Part shown: in pieces, positions 38,051 through 47,660 of the stretch
Position numbering within the stretch: the stretch's first letter is position 1
Layout of the letters: every line of letters begins with the position of its first letter
Assembly (NCBI GenBank): GCA_964431835.1
Contig: CAYSKO010000002.1
Location: forward strand, 137,632 to 201,631
Source: an uncultured Planctomycetia bacterium
GTDB taxonomy: Bacteria > Omnitrophota > Gorgyraeia > 2-02-FULL-51-18
DNA: 64,000 nt
Direction: 5' to 3'
Translations under genes and position numbers: made by a program
The notes under the pieces: model-generated
What the model was told of the DNA's origin: nothing
Databases searched by the model: none
Seen by the model: the letters and a program-made list of their open reading frames with translations, nothing else

Positions 38051-39049
38051 TCACACCCCCGCGCCGGTGCGCTTCCTGCCGATCATCACGAAGAAACCGC
38101 CCTCGCGGTCCGCCGTCAGGAGCATCCCCGTCTCGACCAGGAGGCGTTCGAACCCGGTGCCCGGCACGGACGGCTCGAAGAGCCGCTCGTCGTCGGTGAC
38201 GGACTCGAACGGGCGCGTCTTGGGGATCGAGCTCACGAAATCGACGCCGCTCTCCTCGAACCACCGGAGCACCTCGCCGAAGGTGTGTTTCGACTCGTGC
38301 GGGTTCTTGTACTGATCCATGAACCAAGTGCGCTTGCGCGTTTCGCTCAACTTCTCCCTCTTGATACGGGGGTCTAGAAACTGGAAGCGATTGCCGGTGG
38401 CGTTGAAGATCGCCCGGCGGACGTCGGTCGGGATGCGGCTGTACGCGTGGTAGAGGCCGATAAGGACGTGTCCGCCCGGCTTCGCGAGGCGGAGTATCGA
38501 GCGGAAAGCCAGATACGGGTCCGCTGTGTGGTGCAGGACCCCGTTCGAAATGACGAGGTCGAACGATTCGCGCGCAAACACCGGCCGGAACAGGTTCATC
38601 TGGCAGAACGACACGTTCTCGATCTCATTGCGGGTTTTGAACGCCTGTGCGAGACGCAGTGAGTTGAGGCACATGTCGGCGCCGATTACCTGCCGGCCAC
38701 CGGTGATTCCAAGGAAATTGCTGAGCTGGCCCGTGCCGCAGCCGCATTCAATCACGCGCGCGCCGTTGGGCAGCTGCTCGTCAAGAAGCCGGGCGAGAAC
38801 TCCCTTCTCGGCCTTGTCGCGAAGCGTCGCTACAGAGTCGATGTCCTCGTAGTTCGGGAACGGCGTCTCTTCGTAGAAAGCTTTCATGGCCTCGGTGACG
38901 TCGGCCCTGCCGTCCCAATCGTTCGGAAGGAAGAAGAGCGGGATCCCCGCCTCGGAAGTGAACGCTTTGCCGCAGGCCTTGCACGAGAAACCGGCGCCTT
39001 CGCGTGCGAGGACGCCCTCGCAAGCGGGGCAAAAAAGAGATGGGTTCAC
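38051..39049 (-). CDS. Class I SAM-dependent methyltransferase with N-terminal CxxC...CxxC zinc-ribbon
   Basis: CPACEGV...CKACGK; VIECGCGTGQLSNFL (motif I). GTG start. Confidence 0.75.
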   Translation of the reverse strand: MNPSLFCPACEGVLAREGAGFSCKACGKAFTSEAGIPLFFLPNDWDGRADVTEAMKAFYEETPFPNYEDIDSVATLRDKAEKGVLARLLDEQLPNGARVIECGCGTGQLSNFLGITGGRQVIGADMCLNSLRLAQAFKTRNEIENVSFCQMNLFRPVFARESFDLVISNGVLHHTADPYLAFRSILRLAKPGGHVLIGLYHAYSRIPTDVRRAIFNATGNRFQFLDPRIKREKLSETRKRTWFMDQYKNPHESKHTFGEVLRWFEESGVDFVSSIPKTRPFESVTDDERLFEPSVPGTGFERLLVETGMLLTADREGGFFVMIGRKRTGAGV

Positions 39050-39141
39050 GCGAAAAAAAACGTCCCCTGTTTTTTCATCTGAACATTATGTCCGAAGAGC
39101 CGGAAATTGCCAAACAGAAAGAGACGGGAATCCGAGGAGGC

Positions 39142-42100
39142 TTAGATGGGAACGGAAGCTGTTGCCGCGGCCGAAGCCGCGGATTCATTGTCCGCCGCGT
39201 CGAGCGCGAGGACGGAATAGGAGTACGAGGAGCCGCGCGCGACCGTGCGGTCGACGTAGGTGGGACTTTCCGTCGAGCCGAGAGCCGCGCCGTTACGGAG
39301 CACCCGGTATCCCGTCACGCCGACGGCGTCCGAAGAAGCCAACCAGTCGAGACCGACGACCGCGGTATTGACTCCCGGTTCCGTCACCGGCCGTGTCATT
39401 TTGTAAAGAGAGGCGTCGGCGCGGACATCGGCCAGGGCCTGAACGGGATGGGCCGAGGCGCTCGCGTCGGTGAAGGCGCGCGGTTCGGCGGCGCGCAAAA
39501 GCAGGCGTGTCGACGCGTCCGGATCGGACGCGAGCGTAGGCGGCGTAAACGGAACGTCCCAGCGCGCCAGACCGCGCGTAACGCGGAAGCCGTCCAGACG
39601 GCCGCCCAGATGCGTGATGCGGTCGTCGCGGTAATCGAGACAGCCCACTACGAAGGGTCCGGAGTAATCAGGATACGGATCGGGGTCGACGCCGCTCGCC
39701 TTCTCGACGCCGTCGCGGAATATTTTCCAGGTCGAACCTTTGCGCACGAGCGCCAGGTGGTACCACGTGTTGGGCGCGATCGAATCGGGCGCCACGAGCT
39801 TGGAGCCGTAAGTGAACACCTGCATCCCGGCGTTGAAGGTCCACTGGCGGCCGTTCCATTCGAAGCGCATGTAGTCGACACTTGAATTGCCCTGCGAGAA
39901 GATCGCCTGGATCGCCGAGACGTTGTCGAAGCGCGCCCAGAAGTCGATCGTCAGATCGTCGGAGGCGAGGTTCCAATCTGGGGCGTCGGCGAAGACGAGC
40001 GCGTCGCCCTGCCCATCGAAGAAGATCGAGGTGCCGGGCGCTTCGGCGGGGACCTGGGGAGTTTCCTCGGAAGCGGCGGCGCGGAGGTTCGCGGGGACGG
40101 TCGGGGCGGCGGTGTCGGTCCCTAGGGTCGCGGCGTTCACGGCCGCGCTAGGCGCACTCTCGTTCTGCGCGTTGTCGACGGCCGTGACGCGGTAGGAGTA
40201 CACCTGCCCCGGCGTCACGCCGGTGTCGGCGTAAAGCGTGACGAGCGTATCGAAAGAACCGGCCAGCTGTCCGTCCCGGAAAATCTTGTAGGTCGCGACG
40301 TCCCGTTCGGGGCTCGCCGCCCACGTGACGAGAATCTCGCGGGCTCTCGCCTGCGCGGCGAGCGAAGTCGGGGCCGCCGGAGACGTGACGTCCGGAATGG
40401 TGACGGTCACCGCCGCGCTCGAGGCGGACACGTTGCCGGCCGCGTCGTGCGCCTTCAGGAAATAGGAATAGGCGTTCCCGTCGGTCACGCCGGCGTCGAC
40501 GTACGACCGCGAAGCGGTCTGCGCGATCTGCGCATTGTCGCGGAAAATACGGTAGCCCGTGACGCCGACGTTGTCGAGCGGGGCGTCCCATGCAAGACTC
40601 GCCTTCTTCACTTCCACGACGCCGTACGTGCGGATAGACGGGACCGAAGGCGCGGTGAGATCGGCGATCGTGAGCGAAACCGGACCGGCTTCTGGCGATT
40701 CGTTGTCCGCGGCGTCGAACGCCCGCACGGCGTACGCGTACGCGCGGCCGGGCACGCCTGTCGAGTCCCGGTAAAAAGCGACCGTCGAAACGCCGACGCG
40801 CACGCCGTCGCGGAAAACCCGGTACCCCGCCACGCCGCGGTCGTCGATCGAAGCGCTCCACGTAACGTCCGCGCTTTCGCCCGCCACCTGCCGCACTGCA
40901 AGATCCCCCGGAACCGACGGCGGAAGCGTGTCGTCCACGCCCGGGAAGCGCAGCTTGTAAGCAGAGCTCGCGTCGCGCGAGATCCAAAGCGTGTCGCCGT
41001 CGGGCGCGAACGTCATCGCGTTGGCGCCGGACCCGTTCGGGAGATTGAGGGTCAAGTCGTGCCAGGTGACGCCTGCGTCCTCCGAGAAGAAGATTTTGCC
41101 GGGCGCGTGGCCGTTCCACTTGACCGTACTCACCGCGATGCGCGACGGATTCGTCGGGTCGATGGCGATGCCGTCGCAGGTGCCGCTGCCTTCGAATTTT
41201 TTGAGAAGCCCCCACGATGTGCCCCGGTTGCGCGAAACGTAGAGCGCCGGGCCTCCCGTGTCCGCCGCGGCGTAGACCGTCCCCGCGGAATCGACCGCGA
41301 TGTCGAAGACGTAATTGCTCGCGCTGAAGACCTTCGACCAGTTGGCGCCGTAATTTTCGGTGCGGTACACGCCGCCCGCCGCGTCCCCAACCGTGCCCCA
41401 GTAGATGCGACTCGGCTCGAGCGGATCGACGGCGAGGCCGTTGTAAATTTTGAGCGACGCAGGCTGGGCCGCCCCGCGCGTCCACGCGTAGCCGCCGTTG
41501 GTCGAATAAAAGAATCCGCCGCCGTCCGTTCCGTCGATGCCCAGATAATACCGTGTGGGATCGACGGGATCGCGCGCGAGCGCGCGGGCGTAGCCTTTAT
41601 CCCAGACGACGGACGTGCGCGGGTAGGCCGCGGGAAGCCCGTTTTTCGTCTTCGTGAACGACGTGCCGCCGTTTTCGCTGATGAGAATCTGATTCGCCGC
41701 CCCGTTCCAGGGCGAATTGGTGGCCACGATCTTGCTTCCGTTCACGACGACCTTCCAGACGTGCCCCGCGATCGAATTGTCGTAACCCGCGCCAGGAATG
41801 ATCGCGCGGTACGTCGTGCCGCCGTCCGCGGAAACGGCCAGGCCGTTGTCCATCGTTCCGACGAACACGCGGCCGTCCGCACCGATGTCGATGTCCGAAC
41901 CGATCGTGTTGAAGGCGCCTTTGATGCGCTCGCGCCAGGTGACGCCCGCGTCGTCGGAACGCCATACGCCCCAGAAGTCGGCGAAATAAAGGACGTTCGA
42001 ATCGAAGGGATCAATGACGGCCGTAAGCGGCCAGCCGAAACCGGTCGACCACGCGCGCGTCGGATTGGAGGTGAGATCGTGCGAAAGGCCGCGCTCGACG

Positions 42101-43035
42101 CCGGTCCAGCTCAGGCCGCCGTTCACACTGAGAAGCGCGGTCCCGTTCCAGCCGTCGCGGCAGCCGACGAGGAGGCGCACGCCCTCCGGGCTCGTGGCGG
42201 CCGAAAGCCGGTACACTTCGCCCGCAGTGGGAAGATCGACGCTGTAGCGCCAGCTCGCGCCGTTGTCGGAGCTGATCGAAACGCGCGTGCCGCCCGCCAC
42301 GTAAATCGTGTTTCCGATGGACGCGATATCGAGCGCCCGCGGCGTCAAAGGCGACAGCGTCTCCCACGCGCCCGAGGCGACGGTGCAACGACGGAGCCCG
42401 TTGAACGCGCCCGCGAAAAGATAAACGCCGTCGCCGGTCAAGTGAAGGGCGCTGGCGGCGGCTCCGAGAGGGTTCCCCATGGACGCCCAGGTGACGCCGC
42501 CGTCGGACGAACGAAAGATCTCCCCGGTCTGCGTGCCCGCGAAGACGCGGTTGGGGTCCGACGGGTGCACGACGATCGAGCGGTAATCGTCGGGACGCTT
42601 GAAAATCACCCGGTTGCGGGTGGCTTCGAGAAAACGCCACTGCGTGCCCGCGTCGTCGGAGCGGTGAATGCCGATCGATGTCCCCGCGTACAGCACGTTC
42701 GGATTGGACGGCGCGACGGCGAGATTCACGATCTTGATGTTAATGAGCCCCTCGTTCTTCGGAACCCAGAGATTGCCGCGGTCGTCGCTGCGCCAGATGC
42801 CGCAGACGTCGGAAAGAAGATAGACGCGACCCGCTACCGAGGGGTCTGGAACGACCATGGGGTAGGCGCCGCCGCCGTACCAGCCCGCGAATTCCCATGC
42901 GAGTCCGGTCGGAAGCGCGCTCGCAGGCACGGCTCCGCCGACGAGGCACGACAAAACAAGGGCGGCAACGGCCGCAAGGGCAGGTCTTTTCACAGGGAAA
43001 GGGATTCTCCGAAAACGTACGGTAAGCGGAAACAT
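39142..43035 (-). CDS. Large secreted protein: signal peptide, about 12 BNR/Asp-box repeats (sialidase/sortilin-type beta-propeller), four FN3 domains, a LamG/concanavalin-like domain and a terminal FN3. A GTG start at about 42993 is probably the real one.
   Basis: Repeated S-x-D-x-G-x-T-W boxes (SDDRGNLW, SDDAGTQW, SSDGGVTW, SDNGASWR, SVNGGLSWT, ...). FN3-like PxxPxxL...W...Y repeats. LamG-like FDGQGDALVF...WYHLALV. The ORF's ATG lies inside a TATAAT box, so the downstream GTG (VKRPALAAVAALVLS...) with GGAGA Shine-Dalgarno is favoured. Confidence 0.75.
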   Translation of the reverse strand: MFPLTVRFRRIPFPVKRPALAAVAALVLSCLVGGAVPASALPTGLAWEFAGWYGGGAYPMVVPDPSVAGRVYLLSDVCGIWRSDDRGNLWVPKNEGLINIKIVNLAVAPSNPNVLYAGTSIGIHRSDDAGTQWRFLEATRNRVIFKRPDDYRSIVVHPSDPNRVFAGTQTGEIFRSSDGGVTWASMGNPLGAAASALHLTGDGVYLFAGAFNGLRRCTVASGAWETLSPLTPRALDIASIGNTIYVAGGTRVSISSDNGASWRYSVDLPTAGEVYRLSAATSPEGVRLLVGCRDGWNGTALLSVNGGLSWTGVERGLSHDLTSNPTRAWSTGFGWPLTAVIDPFDSNVLYFADFWGVWRSDDAGVTWRERIKGAFNTIGSDIDIGADGRVFVGTMDNGLAVSADGGTTYRAIIPGAGYDNSIAGHVWKVVVNGSKIVATNSPWNGAANQILISENGGTSFTKTKNGLPAAYPRTSVVWDKGYARALARDPVDPTRYYLGIDGTDGGGFFYSTNGGYAWTRGAAQPASLKIYNGLAVDPLEPSRIYWGTVGDAAGGVYRTENYGANWSKVFSASNYVFDIAVDSAGTVYAAADTGGPALYVSRNRGTSWGLLKKFEGSGTCDGIAIDPTNPSRIAVSTVKWNGHAPGKIFFSEDAGVTWHDLTLNLPNGSGANAMTFAPDGDTLWISRDASSAYKLRFPGVDDTLPPSVPGDLAVRQVAGESADVTWSASIDDRGVAGYRVFRDGVRVGVSTVAFYRDSTGVPGRAYAYAVRAFDAADNESPEAGPVSLTIADLTAPSVPSIRTYGVVEVKKASLAWDAPLDNVGVTGYRIFRDNAQIAQTASRSYVDAGVTDGNAYSYFLKAHDAAGNVSASSAAVTVTIPDVTSPAAPTSLAAQARAREILVTWAASPERDVATYKIFRDGQLAGSFDTLVTLYADTGVTPGQVYSYRVTAVDNAQNESAPSAAVNAATLGTDTAAPTVPANLRAAASEETPQVPAEAPGTSIFFDGQGDALVFADAPDWNLASDDLTIDFWARFDNVSAIQAIFSQGNSSVDYMRFEWNGRQWTFNAGMQVFTYGSKLVAPDSIAPNTWYHLALVRKGSTWKIFRDGVEKASGVDPDPYPDYSGPFVVGCLDYRDDRITHLGGRLDGFRVTRGLARWDVPFTPPTLASDPDASTRLLLRAAEPRAFTDASASAHPVQALADVRADASLYKMTRPVTEPGVNTAVVGLDWLASSDAVGVTGYRVLRNGAALGSTESPTYVDRTVARGSSYSYSVLALDAADNESAASAAATASVPI

Positions 43036-43056
43036 TATACCGCACCGCTGCCCTTT

Positions 43057-44745
43057 TTACGAGCTGAAAACGATCCTCTCTGGATTCACCTGGTAAATTT
43101 CAAGATACGGGCCGGGACGGACGCGCGAAAAAAGTTCCCGCGAACGGAACGGAAGCGCGACCCAAGCCCACTCATCTTCCGAGAATTTCTTGGCGGAATC
43201 CCGGTAGGGCGAAAAAACGGCGACGAGATTTCCGTCTTTCGGACCGAGCCCGGAGCCTTCGCCCGGATAGCGATAGCGGACGAGGTATTCTACCCTCTCT
43301 TTTTTCAACGCTTCGGGCGTCGGCTCGAGAAGCGGCGCCGTCCACAGGAAATCTGAATCTCCGGCGCCGGGTTCGCGCAGATAAAAGAGCCAGTACCGCT
43401 TCTCGCCGCCCGACGCGACCTCGACCCAGCCCAGCTTCCGGAGCTTGAGCGCCGCGTGGGGATCGTTCGCGTCCACGCGGGCGCGCTTCTCGGCGATCTG
43501 CTCGGACGTACGACGGAGCTTCGGCGAGAAAAAAGCGTGGTCGAACGCGATCGAGGTGCCTTCGGGAAGATTTTCGCGGATCCACCCCGATGCCAGGCGC
43601 CGCGTGTCCGGCCGCCGGGCGATCGAATCGAGATAAAACGTCTTCGTGAGCGGTTCGGCCGCCGCGAGCGCGAAAAGCGCCGCCGCGAGCGGCCGCACGA
43701 AACGCCGGGGCGAAGCCAGACCCTCGAACACCACGTACGCCGCGCCCAGACAGAGAAAAGGAACCAACGGTAACGCGTAGCGTTCGTACGGCTGGCTGAA
43801 CGCGCAAATGAACGCGAAATAGGCGGCTGGAAACACGAGGACCCAGCGCGAGGCGGCGCGTCGCACGCAAAGCAGGGCGAGCCCGGCGATCCCGAGCACG
43901 GTTCCCACCGCCCCGGAACCTTCGAAGAGCGAATATCCCAGATGATGCGACGGCGGAAAACTTCCCTCCGCTCCGGCCTGCGTGAGGATTTCTTTCATGA
44001 AAAATCCGAAATCCAGGATCGAAAACGGATTGAGCGCCGCATATACGCCGAACGTAACTGCCGCGCATGCCGCCAGCGCCGCAGCCGGGCCTTTCTCTGC
44101 GTACCCGTGTTTCTTCCAAACGAGAAACGCCAGTGGCAGGACGAGCGGTGCCGCCGTGTATTTGAACGCCACCGCCGCGCCGGCCCACGCCGCCGCACGC
44201 CATGCGTCCCCGCGGCGGCCGCAATCCGCGTACGCGGCGAGCGCTCCCGCGGAAACAAGAAGCGTGAAGATCATCGGAATGTCGGCGTAGATGTAGTGCG
44301 AATCGCGCGCGTGCAGGAAATTCACGGCCAGGAGCGCCGCCGCGGCGAGTCCGGTCGCGGAGCCGAAAAGGCGCTCGCCGAGACGGTAAAGCGCCCAAAC
44401 CGATGCGGTCCCGGCGAGCACCCCCAAAACGAGCCGGCCGGCGAGGTAAAACGCCGTCGGATCCCGGAAGAACGAGACGGCGAACGCCTCGCGCGTCGCG
44501 CCTGCGAGTGCGGCAAACGCGTACAACGCGCCGTAGACGACGAAGAGGCAGTACGAAGCGAGCGGCGGGATCTTGAAGAAATGCGGGTGGAAATCGCCGG
44601 AGGCGTACGCGAGTGCGTGATTCACGACGATCGGCTCGTCCTGATGCAGGAGATCCGGCAGGCCGAATCCGATCCCCGCGACCCGCAGAGCGAAAGCGGC
44701 GGCTAGAACCGCCCATAGAAGGAGCGTCGGGACCCGTCCGCTCAT
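43057..44745 (-). CDS. GT-C membrane glycosyltransferase (PMT_2/ArnT-like)
   Basis: MSGRVPTLLLWAVLAAAFALRVAG... about 11 TM helices plus a C-terminal soluble domain. ATG overlaps the upstream stop (ATGA). The R-rich ORF extension to 45249 is not credible. Confidence 0.7.
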   Translation of the reverse strand: MSGRVPTLLLWAVLAAAFALRVAGIGFGLPDLLHQDEPIVVNHALAYASGDFHPHFFKIPPLASYCLFVVYGALYAFAALAGATREAFAVSFFRDPTAFYLAGRLVLGVLAGTASVWALYRLGERLFGSATGLAAAALLAVNFLHARDSHYIYADIPMIFTLLVSAGALAAYADCGRRGDAWRAAAWAGAAVAFKYTAAPLVLPLAFLVWKKHGYAEKGPAAALAACAAVTFGVYAALNPFSILDFGFFMKEILTQAGAEGSFPPSHHLGYSLFEGSGAVGTVLGIAGLALLCVRRAASRWVLVFPAAYFAFICAFSQPYERYALPLVPFLCLGAAYVVFEGLASPRRFVRPLAAALFALAAAEPLTKTFYLDSIARRPDTRRLASGWIRENLPEGTSIAFDHAFFSPKLRRTSEQIAEKRARVDANDPHAALKLRKLGWVEVASGGEKRYWLFYLREPGAGDSDFLWTAPLLEPTPEALKKERVEYLVRYRYPGEGSGLGPKDGNLVAVFSPYRDSAKKFSEDEWAWVALPFRSRELFSRVRPGPYLEIYQVNPERIVFSS

Positions 44746-45947
44746 CCGGAGACGATCCGGTCCGTCAAATGCTCCGCGAACGCGAGGCTCGACGTGAACG
44801 CCGGTGACACCGCGTTCAGAACGTGCGTTGAACGCTCGGCGCTCTCGACGATGAAATCGTTCACGAGACGGAGTGTCGACTTTTCCACAAGCTGGGCGCG
44901 CAGGCCCACCCGGTCGAACGGCACGAGATCGCGCGGGCCGATCCGCGGCAGAAGCTCGCGGGCCGATTTCAAAAAGCCGCCGGGCGTGTAACGCGGAGCC
45001 TCGCGGAAAACGAGATTCCGGAAACCGTCCGGGTTGCGCGCGAGCATTCGTACGACGTCGCGGGCCATCACGAACGAATCCCGCACGTCGAGGCCCTTGA
45101 ACACGCCGTAATTCTCGCGGCCGAATGCGGGAATCGCCGTCGGGCCGACAATCACGTCTCCATGCACGTCGCGGAGCGCCTGCGCGCCCAGAAAAGGCAC
45201 ACGGGGGTCCGGCACCGTGTAAATGATCCCGCGCACGCCTTCCCCGCACGCCGAGCCGGGACGGATTTTTTTGTAGAGACCCTTGAACGGCAGAATGCGG
45301 TACCGTCCGCCCGCTCCGAAGAGCGACGCGACCCGGTCGGCATGGAGACCGGCGGCGTTCACGAGATGGCCGAACGCGAAACGATCGCTGCCCGCCGTCG
45401 CCTCCCCTTTTCCCGGATCGACGGCATGAAGTTCGGTGGATTTGAACACGTCGACACCCAGCGCCGTCACGTCGGCTTCGAGGTGGCGAATCACGTCGTG
45501 CGGATCAAATACGGCCGTGTCGGGAGACCAGATCGCTTTGCCGCAGGTGCGTGCCTCAGGCTCGATATCCGTCAAACGTTTTTCGTCGATCAGCTCGACC
45601 CGCACGCCGTTCTTCACCGCGCGCTCGTAGAGGCGATCCACTTCGGGCGCGGCGGCCGGCGTCGGTGCGACGACGACTTTCCCGCAGGAACGCAGCGTGA
45701 ATCCAGCCGCCGCCGCGTATTCGCGCATCATCCGGTTGCCTGCCAGGCAAAGCTTCGCTTTGAAGGAGTCGGGGGCGTAATAGAGTCCGGCGTGGAGGAC
45801 GCCGCTGTTTCGGCCGCTCGTGTGAACACCGAGCGCGGGTTCTTTTTCGAGGAGGACGACGGTGCCGAGCTTCCGCCGCGCGATCGCGCGCGCCGCGGTC
45901 AGGCCGACGACGCCGCCGCCGACGACGAGGAAATCGCAGGTCTTCAA
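44742..45947 (-). CDS. FAD-dependent oxidoreductase (L-2-hydroxyglutarate oxidase/LhgO-like, DAO family)
   Basis: (L)KTCDFLVVGGGVVGLTAARAIA (GxGxxG dinucleotide fold)...VLLEKE. TTG start chosen to avoid overlap with the divergent gene. Confidence 0.65.
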   Translation of the reverse strand: MKTCDFLVVGGGVVGLTAARAIARRKLGTVVLLEKEPALGVHTSGRNSGVLHAGLYYAPDSFKAKLCLAGNRMMREYAAAAGFTLRSCGKVVVAPTPAAAPEVDRLYERAVKNGVRVELIDEKRLTDIEPEARTCGKAIWSPDTAVFDPHDVIRHLEADVTALGVDVFKSTELHAVDPGKGEATAGSDRFAFGHLVNAAGLHADRVASLFGAGGRYRILPFKGLYKKIRPGSACGEGVRGIIYTVPDPRVPFLGAQALRDVHGDVIVGPTAIPAFGRENYGVFKGLDVRDSFVMARDVVRMLARNPDGFRNLVFREAPRYTPGGFLKSARELLPRIGPRDLVPFDRVGLRAQLVEKSTLRLVNDFIVESAERSTHVLNAVSPAFTSSLAFAEHLTDRIVSG

Positions 45948-46007
45948 AGGGCTTCGTCCATGCCGTTCAGCATAACACGCCGCTCCCGGAGATGGAAAGC
46001 GCGGGCC

Positions 46008-46027
46008 ATCGCGGTTATAATGGAGAC
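46008..46027 (+). promoter_or_regulatory. TATAAT -10 box 6 nt upstream of the suhB-like ATG (leaderless-type)
   Basis: GGTTATAATGGAGAC-ATG. Confidence 0.45.
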
Positions 46028-46831
46028 ATGACCGAATCGAAGATTCTTCAAACGGCACGAGAAGCGGCCCTGGCCGCCGGCAAGATGCTGCTCGCGTCTC
46101 AGAAAACGCTCAAAGCTTCCCAGGTGGAGACCAAGTCTACCAACGACTACGTGACGCACCTGGACCGCGCTTCCGAGAAACTCATTGTCGAGCGGATCCG
46201 AAAACGCTTCCCGTCGCATGCGATCCTCGGCGAGGAAGGTGGATTCACTCCGGGCGCAGGCCCCCGCTGGGTCATCGACCCGCTCGACGGAACAACCAAT
46301 TACATCCGCCGCGTTCCCTTCTTCTGCGTCTCGATCGGCGTCGTCGACGAAAAAGGCCCGCTCGCAGGCGTCGTGTACGATCCGACCCGCAAGGAGCTCT
46401 TCTCCGCCGAGCGCGGCCGGGGCGCTTTCCTGAACGGACGGCGCATGCGCGTCTCGAAGGTCCGCCGTCTGGGAGAATCGGTGCTTTCGACCGCGGTCCC
46501 GTACAAAGCGCGGAAGCGGTTCGACCCCTACGTAAAATGCCTTTCCGAAATGGCGCTTAAAAGTTCGGGGATCCGCCGCTCGGGTTCCGCCGCGATCGAT
46601 CTCGCCTACGTGGCGTGCGGACGTTTCGACGGGTTCTGGGCGCTCAACCAGGGAGCGTGGGACGTCGCGGCCGGGGCTTGTCTGGTCCGCGAAGCGGGCG
46701 GGACGATAACCGACCTCCGCGGTGGGCTACTCTATTTCGAGACCGGCGATCTCTTGGCCTCCAACGGTTCCGTTCAAACCGAACTCCTCACACTCGTCCG
46801 CCGCGCGTTTAAATCCACGGCGAAAGCCTAA
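46028..46831 (+). CDS. Inositol monophosphatase family protein (SuhB/IMPase-like)
   Basis: ILGEEGG...WVIDPLDGTTNY...(IMPase motifs). Start at internal ATG (residue 13 of ORF 45992..46831). Confidence 0.8.
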   Translation: MTESKILQTAREAALAAGKMLLASQKTLKASQVETKSTNDYVTHLDRASEKLIVERIRKRFPSHAILGEEGGFTPGAGPRWVIDPLDGTTNYIRRVPFFCVSIGVVDEKGPLAGVVYDPTRKELFSAERGRGAFLNGRRMRVSKVRRLGESVLSTAVPYKARKRFDPYVKCLSEMALKSSGIRRSGSAAIDLAYVACGRFDGFWALNQGAWDVAAGACLVREAGGTITDLRGGLLYFETGDLLASNGSVQTELLTLVRRAFKSTAKA

Positions 46832-47649
46832 GAAGCCGAAACCTCGCGCATCGCGGCCAGAATCTCTGCGGGCCTCGAGAAGAGCGGCATGTGCCCCGCT
46901 CCTTCCAGGACGCGCAACTCCGCGTTCGGCAAAAAAGCTTCGATTTTTTTCCGGTTGCGGGCGAGCGGCGTAAGGAGATCCCGGTTCCCATTCAATACGA
47001 CGATTCTCCCCCCGAAAGAAGCGTAACGGCGCTCGAGACGGCCGATATCGGAGCCGACCGCCGCCATGTCCATGGAATTGGAACGGAACGCTTCGGTGCG
47101 CATGGAGCGCGCAAGTTCGTTCTTGGCGTAGTCGTAAGGAACTTTCTCGGGATAAAAAGAGCCTTCGAAGAAGACGCGGGGATCGAATAATTTTGTGACC
47201 GGTCGGCACACAACTCGGATGATCGCCGTTCCAAGCACCGGCACGCCGATGACGCCGAACACCGGATCGAGCGCCCGCCAAGAAGCAAGGTACGGCGACA
47301 CGAGAACCAACCCCCGGACCGCGTCCGGATAATCCGCGGCGAACTGAAGCGCCACCGCCCCGCCCCACGAATGGCCGACGAGGGTCACCGGCCGCGCGCC
47401 GATGGCTTCGAGCGCGGCATGAAGCGCGGCCGCGTGCTCGCCGAGGCCCATCCGCTTTTTCGGGCGCTCGCTGTCTCCGTGGCCCGGCTGGTCGAAGGCG
47501 ATCACCCGCCTCTCCCGGGCGAGCTCCGGCAGAATCGACATCCCCCAGGAAGCGGACGAGGTGAACGAGCCGTGGACGAGCGCGACGGGCGCACCTTCGC
47601 CCGCCTCTCGAACTGAAAGACGCAAGCCCCCGACTTGGACGGTCCGCAC
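46828..47649 (-). CDS. Alpha/beta-fold hydrolase
   Basis: GHSWGGAVAL (GxSxG nucleophile elbow)...GAGHMP. The 3' end overlaps the convergent suhB-like stop by 4 nt. Confidence 0.75.
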   Translation of the reverse strand: MRTVQVGGLRLSVREAGEGAPVALVHGSFTSSASWGMSILPELARERRVIAFDQPGHGDSERPKKRMGLGEHAAALHAALEAIGARPVTLVGHSWGGAVALQFAADYPDAVRGLVLVSPYLASWRALDPVFGVIGVPVLGTAIIRVVCRPVTKLFDPRVFFEGSFYPEKVPYDYAKNELARSMRTEAFRSNSMDMAAVGSDIGRLERRYASFGGRIVVLNGNRDLLTPLARNRKKIEAFLPNAELRVLEGAGHMPLFSRPAEILAAMREVSAS

Positions 47650-47660
47650 GCTTGAAGCCT

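Noticed and set aside
39050-39141. A-run/T-run stretch (AAAAAACAGGGGACGTTTTTTTT) between the methyltransferase start and the BNR gene stop, considered as an intrinsic terminator
   Set aside because: - No convincing GC-rich stem; the A/T pairing is weak.
- More likely it is just the spacer and Shine-Dalgarno region for the downstream GTG start.
40447-43356. 969-aa plus-strand ORF, along with other long opposite-strand ORFs such as 22630..24207 (+), 4600..5625 (+) and 6835..8109 (+)
   Set aside because: - They lie antisense to well-supported genes.
- Their translations are R/A/G/P-rich low-complexity with no motifs.
- These are typical shadow ORFs of high-GC DNA.
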